Positions 1-20,400 of a stretch of 64,000 nucleotides of DNA are shown here, piece by piece. This stretch comes from Hormiphora californensis (Eukaryota; Animalia; Ctenophora). The notes beneath the pieces are model-generated. The model saw nothing but the letters and a program-made list of their open reading frames with translations, was not told the DNA's origin and ran no database searches. The stretch lies in assembly GCA_020137815.1 (NCBI GenBank), contig CM035361.1, positions 186,001-250,000 of the forward strand. The letters are read 5' to 3'. Made by a program: the position numbers and the translations under genes. How positions within the stretch are numbered: position 1 is the first letter of the stretch; each line of letters starts with the position of its first letter.

Positions 1-424
1 TCCCTTTCTGAGGTGTCCAGTCGAACTTGTATTTGTGTATCACCGACAGCCAACATTTTGCCTACATAAATACGTGGATTAAGACTTTAATTAGAATTGG
101 ACAACGGGCGGAGCTTATAAAAAAGAGAAGAAAACATCGAAAACAAAACAAAAGTTCAAAAAAAGTTCAAAATTTAAGTTTAAAAACTTTTAACTTGTGT
201 GGCGCGCGACAAAAAAGTCGCTAAAATATAATGATTCAGAGCTGCAAAATATAGCCACGCGCGAGATTTTAGAAGCTTGAGCGCTGCCTTTTTAGACGAT
301 TCGCGCGTTCGGTCGCCTCACTCCAAAGTGGGCGCCGTTACGATCTGGGTGTTTGGTGGCCTGTTTACAGGTGCGCGCTGCCAAAAAAGTTGATTCACTA
401 AAATGGCTCTAACCGCCAAACCAC

Positions 425-550
425 TCAACCGTTTTGGCTAATTCAAAGTTTATCTGGTAGGAAATGTCAAGGCCTAACCCCAACCCAAACCCCAGCCCTA
501 ACCCTAACCCTACTTTAGCCCTAACCCTAAAAAACCGTTTGTCAGCACTC
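425..550 (+). repeat. Dispersed repeat with telomere-like (CCCTAA)n core, copy 1
   Basis: AACCGTTTTGGCTAATTCAAAGTTTATCTGGTAGGAAAT...CCCTAACCCTACTTTAGCCCTAACCCTA matches the reverse complement of ~11170-11295. Confidence 0.75.
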
Positions 551-936
551 ACCAAACACCCAGATTTTAACGCTGGCCCTCCAAAGTCAAAATTTCAAGA
601 TGGCCGTTTTCATCATTTTAAGAAACCCCGTTTATTTGCCTCTTTCCCGGCTCTCAAGTATGACTGACATGCTTATTATGGCGTAACTTGGGTTTGCCGG
701 CTGCCCTGGCGACGCCGGACGGGCGGCAGACGCACCACGCCAAGCAGATTATTATTGGACAATGGAAATCCGAAATTGCCGCATTTAAATTTTGCATTTG
801 TTTGTTAATTGATATTGCATGCCAGTGATAAACAAGGATGATTGGAGACTTGAAAGCTATTCTCTACTGACTACTACTAGCAATCTTGTCGAATTCTATT
901 TCTGTCCACTCTCACTTTAACACTCAGTATGAGAAT

Positions 937-9375
<8,439 letters not shown>

Positions 9376-9723
9376 AGAGAGAGGTATATGTATCGCGGGG
9401 ATTTGTTTGCGTGATCTGGAAATATCAAATGTATATTATTTTATGACTATTTTTATTAAGGGAAAGGCTCCATTAGTAAGTTCACTATTTTTGAAAAACC
9501 GGACACTGTATATTGTGTGTGTGCGTGTATATTACCGATTTCTAGTGACAGACTCGCTGTTATAATTGACATTGACATCTGAATTTGATTTTTTTCGGAC
9601 ACATTATGAACATTTGATCGAAACCTGAAATCTTCAAAGATTTATTTTTCTATGAAGTGTGTACAGAGTTATTTCCTTCAAACAAATAACGCGTTTCCTG
9701 TGTTTGTCCGATATTATTCAAGT

Positions 9724-9940
9724 CATTTTTTAACTGTCCACCTCCTTGATTTGGCACAGTTTATATCTGAGAATTCTGAGATATCTCCGGTTCCTGGGGA
9801 CTTCAAATTTGGAGATTAGGAAGAGCTCGACATGTTCTTTCTAATCTCCGAATTTGAAGTCTCTATCTGAGGGATGGAGCAGCTCCATTGGAGCTTTAAT
9901 AATCTGTAACACAAAAAGGGGTGGACAGTTATTAAAAATG
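9724..9940. mobile_element. Small foldback/MITE-like element
   Basis: Outer inverted arms TAACTGTCCACC/GGTGGACAGTTA. Inner arms GACTTCAAATTTGGAGATTAG (9799-9819)/CTAATCTCCGAATTTGAAGTC (9841-9861). Confidence 0.6.
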
Positions 9941-9967
9941 GACTTTAGACATGCTATAAATTAACTA

Positions 9968-10646
9968 GGGTAGCGACTGGCTATTTGAAACAGTTTTTCA
10001 CTTTTTTCCCTTGCCTGCCCACAAATCAAGTCGAACCCAAATTTTTTTGACCTTGTGTTACCGAGACAGTCCCTGGGTAGTTTTTTGGGTGGTTGGAGAT
10101 GTCTCATTTTGTCTTCCGGGGTCAGGGTCACGTGATATCTATCCAAATTTGGTGTTTCAATTTACCCGCCTCGGTCTGCTAATTTGAAACACCCGTATCT
10201 CCCTCAATTTCTCCACGAAACCAAAATTTTTGACATTGAATAGTTAGAAAAGGGTTGTGCAGAGCCATTCCATGTCTGAAATCTGAATTTTGTTGAACGT
10301 GCTTGGTGCAATGACCTTTTCCAAAAACTGTTTCAAATTAGCAGGAAAACAGTTTTTGCCTCATATTCGGCCAACTTTTGGCGGAAATGACTCAAATCAT
10401 AGTTTATATCCTGCCTCATGCTCATATTGAACAACAAAAATTTCGACAATCCAATCGGAGAAAATTGTTTCAAATAGCCCTTCTCAGTGTTTCAAGTTAC
10501 CAGACTCTCTTCACTGTGCTACAGCACACACGACACCAATCAGAGAGCAAATAACGTGCATTTGTTTCAAATAACCAGAGCACGTGTTTCAAGTTAGCAG
10601 ACACTGTTTCAAGTTAGCAGGCGTTTCAAATTGCCAGTCGCTACCC
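9968..10646. mobile_element. Non-autonomous TIR DNA transposon (MITE), TA-flanked
   Basis: 24-bp TIR GGGTAGCGACTGGC(T/A)ATTTGAAAC with one mismatch, TA on both flanks, internal subterminal repeats GTTTCAA(G/A)TTA(G/C)CAG, no ORF. Confidence 0.85.
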
Positions 10647-10923
10647 TATTCAGTATTCACTATTCATTATCCAGTGTCCACTGTCACTGGAATTCGATCC
10701 AGTCGGAATTCTCAGCTCTAAATCGAGGCGTGCCAATATGAGTGAGAGTTGGGTGCCGCGACAACGCAACTCAAGAGAAAGACAACTGCGCGCGTATTGA
10801 CAGCACTGTGTTCACGTAAACCAGTGGTAACGCGCAAAACCAATCCGCGCTAACTGTGTGCGCGTTCGTCTTTTTAAAGCCAAACTCAAATTTCGTCCGC
10901 ACTCGATTTTGCCCGGAAACGTT

Positions 10924-11149
10924 ATAGTGGAAGCTCTTACGGTATTTCCCACGCCCCGTGGGAAAGTTTTTCGACCGTGGGAAAGTTTTCAAACCGTGGG
11001 AAAAGAGAGATACATACAATAACTAATAAAAAACAATTTATTTTTTAACGTTATTGTATGTATCTCTCTTTTCCCACGGTTCGAACATTTTCCCACGGTC
11101 GAAAAACTTTCCCACGCGGCGTGGGAAATACCGTAAGAGCTTCCACTAT
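10924..11149. mobile_element. Near-perfect palindromic MITE (~100-bp arms)
   Basis: ATAGTGGAAGCTCTTACGGTATTTCCCACG...ATACAATAAC mirrored by GTTATTGTATG...CGTGGGAAATACCGTAAGAGCTTCCACTAT, with internal CCGTGGGAAA repeats. Confidence 0.85.
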
Positions 11150-11169
11150 TAAAATCTGGGACTTTTGAG

Positions 11170-11295
11170 TGTCAGCACTCCCGCTTTTATAGGGTTAGGG
11201 CTAAAGTAGGGTTAGGGCTGAGTTTAGGGATCGGGGTCGGGTAGGGCTCGAGATTTCCTATCAGATAAACTTTTAATTAGCTAAAACGGTTCAAC
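11170..11295 (-). repeat. Dispersed repeat with telomere-like (TTAGGG)n core, copy 2
   Basis: Inverted homolog of 425-550, lying just upstream of the VPS11 start. Confidence 0.75.
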
Positions 11296-11407
11296 CGTTA
11301 CGGTTGAGTTTGTACATTTTATTGTTCTCTGTTTCTCGATGTTCCTTTACATGATATATTATATATCTTGGCTAACAAAAAATCCGACTTAATGTAGCAA
11401 TGTAACT

Positions 11408-14400
11408 ATGGTGTCTCACCAGCTTCGAAAGTTTGCCTTTTTTAACAAGGAGCTGATCAGAGAACCAAACGGTGAAAAATGGTCTGCACTCCAGGTGTGT
11501 AAAATGTACATATAAAATCGGGGGTTCCGGCCAATCACTATGGGCCTCAAAGGGTTAACTAATCCTACTAACGTTTTAACAAGTCTCTTGTAGGCGGTAA
11601 TATTTTCCCCAATTACAATAACCCACCAAACACAAACGTTAAAGAGCGGAATATAAATGTTTAATTTGTATTGTATTGCATTTACCAAAATCCACCCCAC
11701 TCTATACCAGATCCTAATTCGCTATCCCAAAATTTTTATTCTTCAAGCAGACCAAGATTTTCAATACCATACCCCTCCCCCCATCTCACTCAGGGTGTCA
11801 AGGTGACATGTGCCACGAGCGGCCGAGGTAAAATCCTAATCGGGGATGATCAAGGAAACCTCCACTTTCTGTCCCAAGATATGTCCGTGGAGACTAAGGA
11901 GTTGTATAACGCTCAGATAACACATGTGGCAGTGATTCCGAAAGTTAAGCAGAATTTGGTGGTAACCGTGGGAGAAGATCAGCGGGCACACCCTTTACTG
12001 CGGGTAATTAATTAAGTTAATTAGTAATTACTGTGCGGGTGATTGATTAAGTTATCTACTGGTCGAGTCTATTAAAACTGTTTCTCTCCCCCCTTTCATC
12101 CCAACAACACCTCCTATTATCTCAGGTTTGGAACGTAGAACCCAACAAACCAATGGAGCCGATCCGGACGGTCGACCTCACCACTCTGAACAAGAACAGT
12201 AATGAGTTGGTAGTGGTTACATGCATTGCGCTGAGTGACAATCTCTCGAACATGGCAGTAGGTCAGTTGATATCTTTCTGTATACCCATAACTCAATCAA
12301 TTGTATTACCCACTATAACCCCACATCACACCCCACTCATTGCGGCCTGTTCATTGAAACGCCCCAATTGTGCCTCCACTAACAACCCCGCCCTTTTCCA
12401 ATTGTGCCTCCACTAACAACCCCGCCCTTTTCCAATTGTGCCTCCACTAACAACCCCGCCCCTTTCCAATTGTGCCTCCACTAACAACCCCGCCCCTTTC
12501 CAATTGTCCCTCCACTAACAACCCCGCCCCTTTCCAATTGTGCCTCCACTAACAACCCCGCCCCTTTCCAATTGTGCCTCCACTAACAACCCTTTTTCAG
12601 GGGGGGGGGGTTATCATGGTGACAAATGGTGACAAATGGTGACAAATGGTGACTCATCTGACCATTTAGGGTATGTCACCATCACCATTTGTCACCATTT
12701 GTCACCATTTATCTCCATTTGTCACCATTTGTCACCATTTGTCTCCATTTTTTGACGAAATATGCGGATTTCGGCAGAATTTCTTTAAAATTTTTAAAGA
12801 AATTTGATAAAAAATTTTAATTTCTTTAGACCGATATATTTGTTCATAAGTTGTTAACATGACCATTCCGGATCGGCTAGTAGTGTTTTGGACCACTAAA
12901 ACTTCCCGAAAGTCACGTTGAGGGTGTACCTCCCTCGCACAATACATAAAAGCACAATTAACCCCCTGTGACCCCTTAATTACATCCAATCGACTTGAAA
13001 CTTGGTAGAAGTGTCCCCCAGTGTCCCATAACATCATATTATGTCCCATAACATCATATTATGCCTGTAGGAAGCTCCAGAGGGAATGGTGACAAATGGT
13101 GACTCATCTCAAAATTTTGGTCATGTCACCATCACCATTTGTCACCATATGTCACCATTTGTCACCATTTGTCACCATGATTACCCCCCCTTTTCAGGTA
13201 TGGCGGATGGTACAGTGTGGTTGTTTTACCGGCATGATATAACCCGAGATCAACGGTAATTCGATTCAACAAATCCACTTTAATTTCTCTTGTGATTTTA
13301 TGGTATTTGGTAACCATTCTATTGTAACCATGGCAACTATTCTATTGTAACCATGGCAACTGTTCACTATTGTAACCATGGCAACTATTCACTATTGTAA
13401 CCATGACAACCGTTGCCAGGTATAAAGAGCTCCATTCTGACAAGGCTGCCATCACTGGTTTAGCGTTTAACAAGGAGGTCAACCTGTTTGTAGCTACGGA
13501 GATAGCAGTTTACTGCTACAAAAAGGTACATTTTTAACCCCCCCACATAATGAAATTGACTTCGTAACTGACATTAGAGGTTGAAGTTTTCCACCCAATT
13601 TTTCAAAAACTTCAGCCGGCCTCCCTCTACATCAGCACTCCCCTAATTCAGCTCCCAGCTCACCCGAATAACCCCCATCCCTTATTTTACCCTTCCCTGA
13701 TAACCCCCATTCCCTACCCAGCTGACGGACAACAAACCTGTCTGTGTGTTTCTCTCGGAAACTGGATCCCCGCTGGGACTATCCCTCCTGACGGATCACC
13801 ACATGTATCATCAGTTCCTAATTGCACCGCGGAATGAATATCTGTTCTTCATGCCCGATAGCAAGGGACGGCATCTACCTAATGATGGTTAGTTAGTTTA
13901 CAGTTATAAATGATTAGTTAATTGGTTAGTAATTAATCTGTTAGTAATCCAGCAGGTCAGATCACATATTTCACACATTTCACACACGTTTCAGGTGTGA
14001 GATCACATATCGCCTGGTATAGAGGGTGCCTGGTTTCAGTTTCCCAGCCACGACACAACATGAAACAGGATAGTGTGTGCGAGCTAACGATATACGATAT
14101 GAACAACAACTTTTATGGTTAGTGTTGTTGGAGGGTTAGCGCATGACACGATGTTAGAACATAGCAAGATGTTATCTTCGAAGTTCTTACCCTTCTTTAC
14201 ATCGTTTGTAAATTGGGGTGCGGTGAGAGAGGGTTGGGCAAGGGCGAAGACGATCGTAATCTTAGTATGAATAACTAAAGAAACTCTCAAATGTTTTCAA
14301 TATCTCACCAGGTTTCAAAGATACGTCCTTCCCGGCTGTAAGAGCACTACTCAGTGAGTGGGGGTCTCTGTTTGTGTTAGTCAGGGATAACGAACTGTAT

Positions 14401-17400
14401 AAGCTAAATGAAAAGGGAATTCAGGTATTAAACATCTCATAGTTTTTGGTATTTGTTCGGTAATATATGTGTCTCACCCGGTCTCACTTGAAGTTTTATC
14501 AGTACCTTAGAATGGAAATAACCCCTACGCTATGAAAACCTAACAACTACCCAATTTACCAATCTCTCAGGAAAAGATAAAGTTTCTGACCAAAAAGTGT
14601 TTGTATGACGACGCCATTCAGTTGGCAAAAAACAACCAAACTGATTACATGAACTTGATTAGGGCTCATGGTGACCATCTAGCAACTAAAGGTATGTATG
14701 AATTTTTATTAACTTTTCGGTTCCAATGTATTATGAAGATGGGGCGACCCTGATTATTAAGTTTTTAAAAATCACCCTGATTCAAGGATGAGATTAGCAG
14801 GAATGATCTGGTAGATGAGTGGCTCCCTTGTTGGGGCTGCTTCCCAGATGTTTGATTTCTCCTCGTGTCGAACAGCTGGGAAGCAGAGCTGCCCCAAACA
14901 AGGGTGCCACCCATCTACCAAAAATCACCCTCTCCATTTGTATACCTCTTTAATACCCTTTCTCCCAGGGGAACATGATAGCGCCATCACCAAATATATA
15001 GCAACTATTGGACATGTGGAACCCTCCTATGTAATCCGCAAGTTCCTGGATTCAAGACGAATTCATAATCTAACCCAGGTATTAACAACTCAGTTCTCAT
15101 GTCACCCTGCCTCACGAAATTTCTTCTATATGATATAATATCCAAGTTCTCAGTAGAACCCTCACTCCCTCCCCTAACCCCACTCCTCTCTCCCTATCTC
15201 TCCCTATCTCTCCTTTAGTACCTAGAAGCGCTCACTCTCTCCCCTAACCCCAACCCTCCCTCCCTATCTCTCCCTATCTCTCCTTCAGTACCTAGAAGCC
15301 CTCACTCCCTCCCCTAACCCCAACCCTCCCTCCCTCTCTCTCTCCCTATCTCTCCCTCAGTACCTAGAAGCCCTCACTCCCTCCCCTACCCTCAACCCTC
15401 CCTCCCTATCTCTCCCTCTCTCTCCCTCAGTACCTAGAAGCCCTCACTCCCTCCCCTAACCCCAACCCTCCATCCCTATCTCTCCCTCTCTCTCCCTCAG
15501 TACCTAGAAGCCCTCACTCCCTCCCCTAACCCCAACCCTATCTCTCCCTCAGTACCTAGAAGCCCTCACTCCCTCCCCTAATCCCAACCCTCCCTCCCTC
15601 CCTCCCTATCTCTCTCCCTCAGTACCTAGAAGCCCTCACTCTCTCCCCTAACCCCTCCCCAACCTCCCTGTCTATCCTTCAGTACCTAGAAGCGCTCCAT
15701 GAAAAAGATGTCGCTAACCGGGACCACACCACTCTGTTACTGAACTGTTACACTAAGCTAAAGAACGTTGCTAAACTAGAACAGTTTGTTATGGGGGAAG
15801 GGAAACTTAACTTTGACGTTGAAACTGCAATTAAGGTGAAATTAATGGATTTTTACTGCCGCAAATTTATTTTGAACAATTGGTTTTGATCGGTCTGTAA
15901 ATTTATTTTGATCAACATTTAACCAATTGGTTTTGATCGGTCTGTCCTACTAGGTCTGCAGACAAGCAACCTATTACAACGAAGCTGCATATCTTGCCAA
16001 GAAGTTTGAACAACACGATTGGTAGGTGTGAAATTGTTATTTTGATCGCTCAAATCATTCAAAAAATGTGATTGCTTATTATTGACTGAATTTTAGTGCT
16101 AAATCGTTGTATTTTCTAACATTTTGACCTTCACCAAGGTACGTTCATATTCAAGTGGAAGATCGAAGAGACTATGAGACAGCGTTAGAGTATATAAAAC
16201 AGCTAGGGGTTGATAAGAAAAAGGTAACGAAACATCTTTATTGTATCTCATTCGGGGTGTCCTTCTGTAGAGTTGATAAGTTGTTGTTAGGTACTGACAT
16301 GCGATTAAAGAGAAACAACGATTTTGCAGTACTAATATTCAATTAAGAACAGGAGCTTTCGACTGATCTATGTCAGACGTCTTCAGCTATAACAACAATG
16401 AAAATGAAAGTGTTTATGTAGTGGAGAAGAGGATATGGGATCCGGGGAGGGGAGGAGAGAGGAAGGGATGAGATCCGAGAAGGAAGATGCGATCCGAGAG
16501 GAGGGGATGGGGGAGGTGATCCACGGGAAGGGAGAGGAGGTGATCCGAGCTGAAGAGAATTAGGAAACAGGTTTGGGAGATCTAGGTTTGATGGAGATGC
16601 CAGCAGGTCGGGGTTTGAAGGAGTTAGCAATCCTGGGGAGAAGGTGAGTCCATTGGAGGTTGACAGTAGGAACTTTATCTGTTCGGTTAATCGCCGGTTG
16701 AAGAGTGTGAATAGCCGCTTGTTCCAGTAGATTTAGACTGAGGCAGGAGGAAGAAGAGGAGAGGATAGAAGTAGAATTCCAGTCCATGGTGTGTCCAGAT
16801 TCCCGAGCGTGGATAGCAGGAGCAGATTTCATCTTCCCATCGGTGTTGTAGAGAGAGTTGTTGTAGAAGTTAGATTCGTGCTCCTTAATCCGGGTTTTCA
16901 CTGGTCGCTTGGTCTGGCCAACGTAGAAAGATGAGCAGTCGCGGCAGGGAATGGAGTAGATGGAGTTGGGAGTACTATCAGAAGGAGGCGAAGATTTGGT
17001 CTGGATGAGGATGTTCCGTAGGGTAGAAGAGGAAGAGAAGGTGACGTCTATGTTGTAGCGGTTGAGGGTCCGTTTGAGTCGAGAGGAGAGGTCCGGGTGA
17101 TAGGGTAGGACTACACGGTGGACGAAGGAAGAAGGAGGACGGGATTTTGATGGTTTGGGGTGTAGAAGGCGGTCCCGAACAGTAGACATGCGGCCCGGTG
17201 CAAAGAGAACAGTCTTATAAGACAAATAACTTGAGGTTCCTCTACAGCAGCCCTGATCTCTTGTATCACAATCTTAAATGATATGAGAAACCGCATCACT
17301 ACTGATAATCTCTTAATTCCCCTGTGTGCTATAATAAGACCTCCCCATCACCCCATCCCCCAGGCTAACATAAAGAGTTACGGCAGACAGCTTATGGAGC

Positions 17401-20400
17401 ATCGGCCAGAGGAAATGACACATTTTCTGACAGAGTTATGTTGCAGTGATGACGCTGAGAGACCTGAACCAGAGGAATTTATTCCTCTTTTCTTGAACAA
17501 GTGAGACTGAGAACTGTGATTAGTATTAGCTGGGACAGCTGCTGCTGTACATGTATCCTGTTTGTTTTATAGGAAGTGAGCTATCGCTAGTTTTCCCAAC
17601 CAGCGCGCTGTGAGCCACAAATTGTCAGCGTCGTAGAAGTAGACCCTTGTGCGCGACTCACATGTGATTTTGAGAACTGGTATAGGAGCTGTGTAAGTTG
17701 GGTGTCTTCCTAGAAAGTAGATTTCGAAGTTGATGAGCTCGGAGCTTTACGGTCTTTTGAAACCGTAGGTATTAGATATTTCTGTTAAATTGAATCCTTG
17801 GTATTTTCAGGAACTCTCGTCTGATAGAGTTTTTGGAGGAAGTTATCGCTACTTCACCAAAATCTGCCTCCCAACAGGTAAGTCAAACTGTCCATAACTT
17901 CCAATTAACAACTAAAGTAAAAACACTGATTCACAAAACATCACCACCAGTCACCACTAGAGAATTTGTTACAAATATAAACCAAACACTTATAAAATAT
18001 AAAGTAAGAATCCCGTTCCCCAGGTCTATAACACCCTACTCGAGCTTTATCTAAGAGAGGGTGAGGGGAGAGTGGATCAAGTTGTCGAATTGCTGACTAA
18101 TGAAACTGCCAATTATGATGCTGACCATGCCTTAATGCTCCTACAGTTGTATCGACTACAAATAGGTAATTACTTAATTAACTGGGGTGTCATTCATCAC
18201 CCCTCTTTAGTCTCTAGCTCTGGGCGTTCCTTGGAATAAATCACAAATCCATTCAAAACTACAATAGTACTTTTACTCTATCATAGAGTACAGTACTAAA
18301 CCTATCGTGTAGTACCGTGAAAGATTACCACCCCCCCCCCCTCCAGAGGCATCCCTCAACCCCTTCTCCCCAAGGTATAGTAACACTGTGCGAGAAGCGT
18401 GGTCTGTACCGTCATGTATTGGAATGTTTCATGGAGGATGGAAATCATCAGGGGATAGTTGACCTGTGTTACCGGAGAGGTCAGGCTGATTCCTCCTTAT
18501 GGGTACAGGCCCTGAAGTGAGTACCTCAGGGGTTGTCTTCAACTATTTAGTATTTTAGTATTATCGGCCATCACTGACTACGTATCTCATCTCCTTCTAC
18601 CATTCTATACTCTTATCCTCCCGGTACCTTCTAAACCCTATCCCATGTCCCCTATATCTTCTGCCCCTCTCCCTCTGACTCCACTTGCTCTCTCCAGGTA
18701 TTTCGCAGCACGAGATGACCCAACCAGTCGGGAGCATGTTGCTACGATACTAAAACACATTGAACAGAAAAACCTCATGTCACCTCTTATGGTAGGTGTT
18801 TTGGTTTGCAGTCACTGTCAGACTCTGGGGCTCCTGAATCTTTATAAAAGAGCCCCGGGGTGATAAATATAATGGCTTCCTTGTGAAGAAATATTTTACT
18901 AGGGTTGCCCAGTAAATCGGGGTCTGATTGTGCAAAGTTTTATCTCTCTTCTGTAGGTGGTGAAGACCCTTTCAGAGTGCCCCACAACCCCCGTATCAGT
19001 CCTAATGGGCTACATAACACGGCATCTGGGGGTGGAAGAGGAGCAGAGCGGGGAGTGTGATAAACTTGTGAAGAAATATTCGAGTGAGGCTGAGGTATAG
19101 TAAAATTAAGTAATTGAATAATGGGGATAATTTATAATAAATCTAGAAATTTGAGATTCTAATAGATTGGAATAGTCTTCAAACTACCACAGTTACATTA
19201 AAATCCCCCACCCCCACTTTCAGAGAATGAGAGATAACATTTCCCGTCTAAAATCGGAACCAGTGATATTTCAAACGAACAAATGTACACAGTGCACTAA
19301 GAAGTTGTCCCTACCTGCAGTACATCTTCTTTGTAAACACTCCTGGCACCAAATGGTTAGTAACTGTAAACTGTAAACTGTAACTGTAACTGTAACTGTA
19401 AACTGTAACTGTAACTGTAAGGAACCAGATGGTTCAGGTTAGTTAGCTATAATATGCGATTGGTCCGTCAAAGGGAGAGGAGGTAAACAAAATTAAACGT
19501 CACGGAATATTCGGTGAATTCGACTCAGACCTATAATTCTCACAATGATTCCCAGTGTTTTGAGGAGCTGACTGATCTAGAAGAGGACTGTCCAGTGTGT
19601 GTACAGGAGAACAAACAGACACTAGAACATATCCGATCCTTGGAGCATATTGAGAACCTGGATCAGCAGTTTTTTAGGAGTGTTGAACACGCACCTGATC
19701 CCTTTACTGCGGTGGCTGATTTCTTTGCTAAAGGTAGGTATATTTTAGGTGATATTTACAAACTTACACTGTCTCAGGTCTCTCCATTCAAATATTCAAA
19801 CCAAACCATCTTTTAACATATTTAATTCAAAAGGCATATTTTCAGGTGTTTACACGGGGAACTACACCAGAAGCGATGGTACAGTCTCCTCTCAAACTCG
19901 AATTAAACGTCCACTCATTCCCAAGGTATTACATAACTATTAATTAGAGTTGATTAGTAACTACAGTCGGACCCCGATTTAGTGGCATCCTCGGGGGGAA
20001 AATCCTGCCACTAAATCGGGGTGCCACTAAATCGGGGGCCACTAAATCGGGGTCCGACTGTAATTCCCAAGGTTATTGCAATCAAGTCTTAGTCATGCAG
20101 AGGGTCCTTACATATATCCCGAGCATTCAATTAACTGATTAATCAATTGATTTGCAGTTGTCAACACAGTGAATATTATCCCCCAGGAGACTAGAGAGAG
20201 GTCCCGTGCCCTAACACGCGACACACAGCCCACACCACCCCCAGCCCGAGAACCCATAGTGTTTGATAACTCTCCACCTGCACCCAAAATGGTTTGTTTG
20301 TTGGTCTGTTTCTTGGTTCAATATAGCAGACAGTTTTTGTATTTCAGTGAAATGACGAAGTTGAAATGAATGACATTTTCACTCATCACACGAATTATGC

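Noticed and set aside
464-530. Possible telomere or chromosome end
   Set aside because: Short, degenerate, internal, and part of a dispersed repeat with a second copy.
12363-12592. 34-bp repeats of CRISPR-like length
   Set aside because: No unique spacers, eukaryotic intron and no cas genes, so it is a minisatellite.
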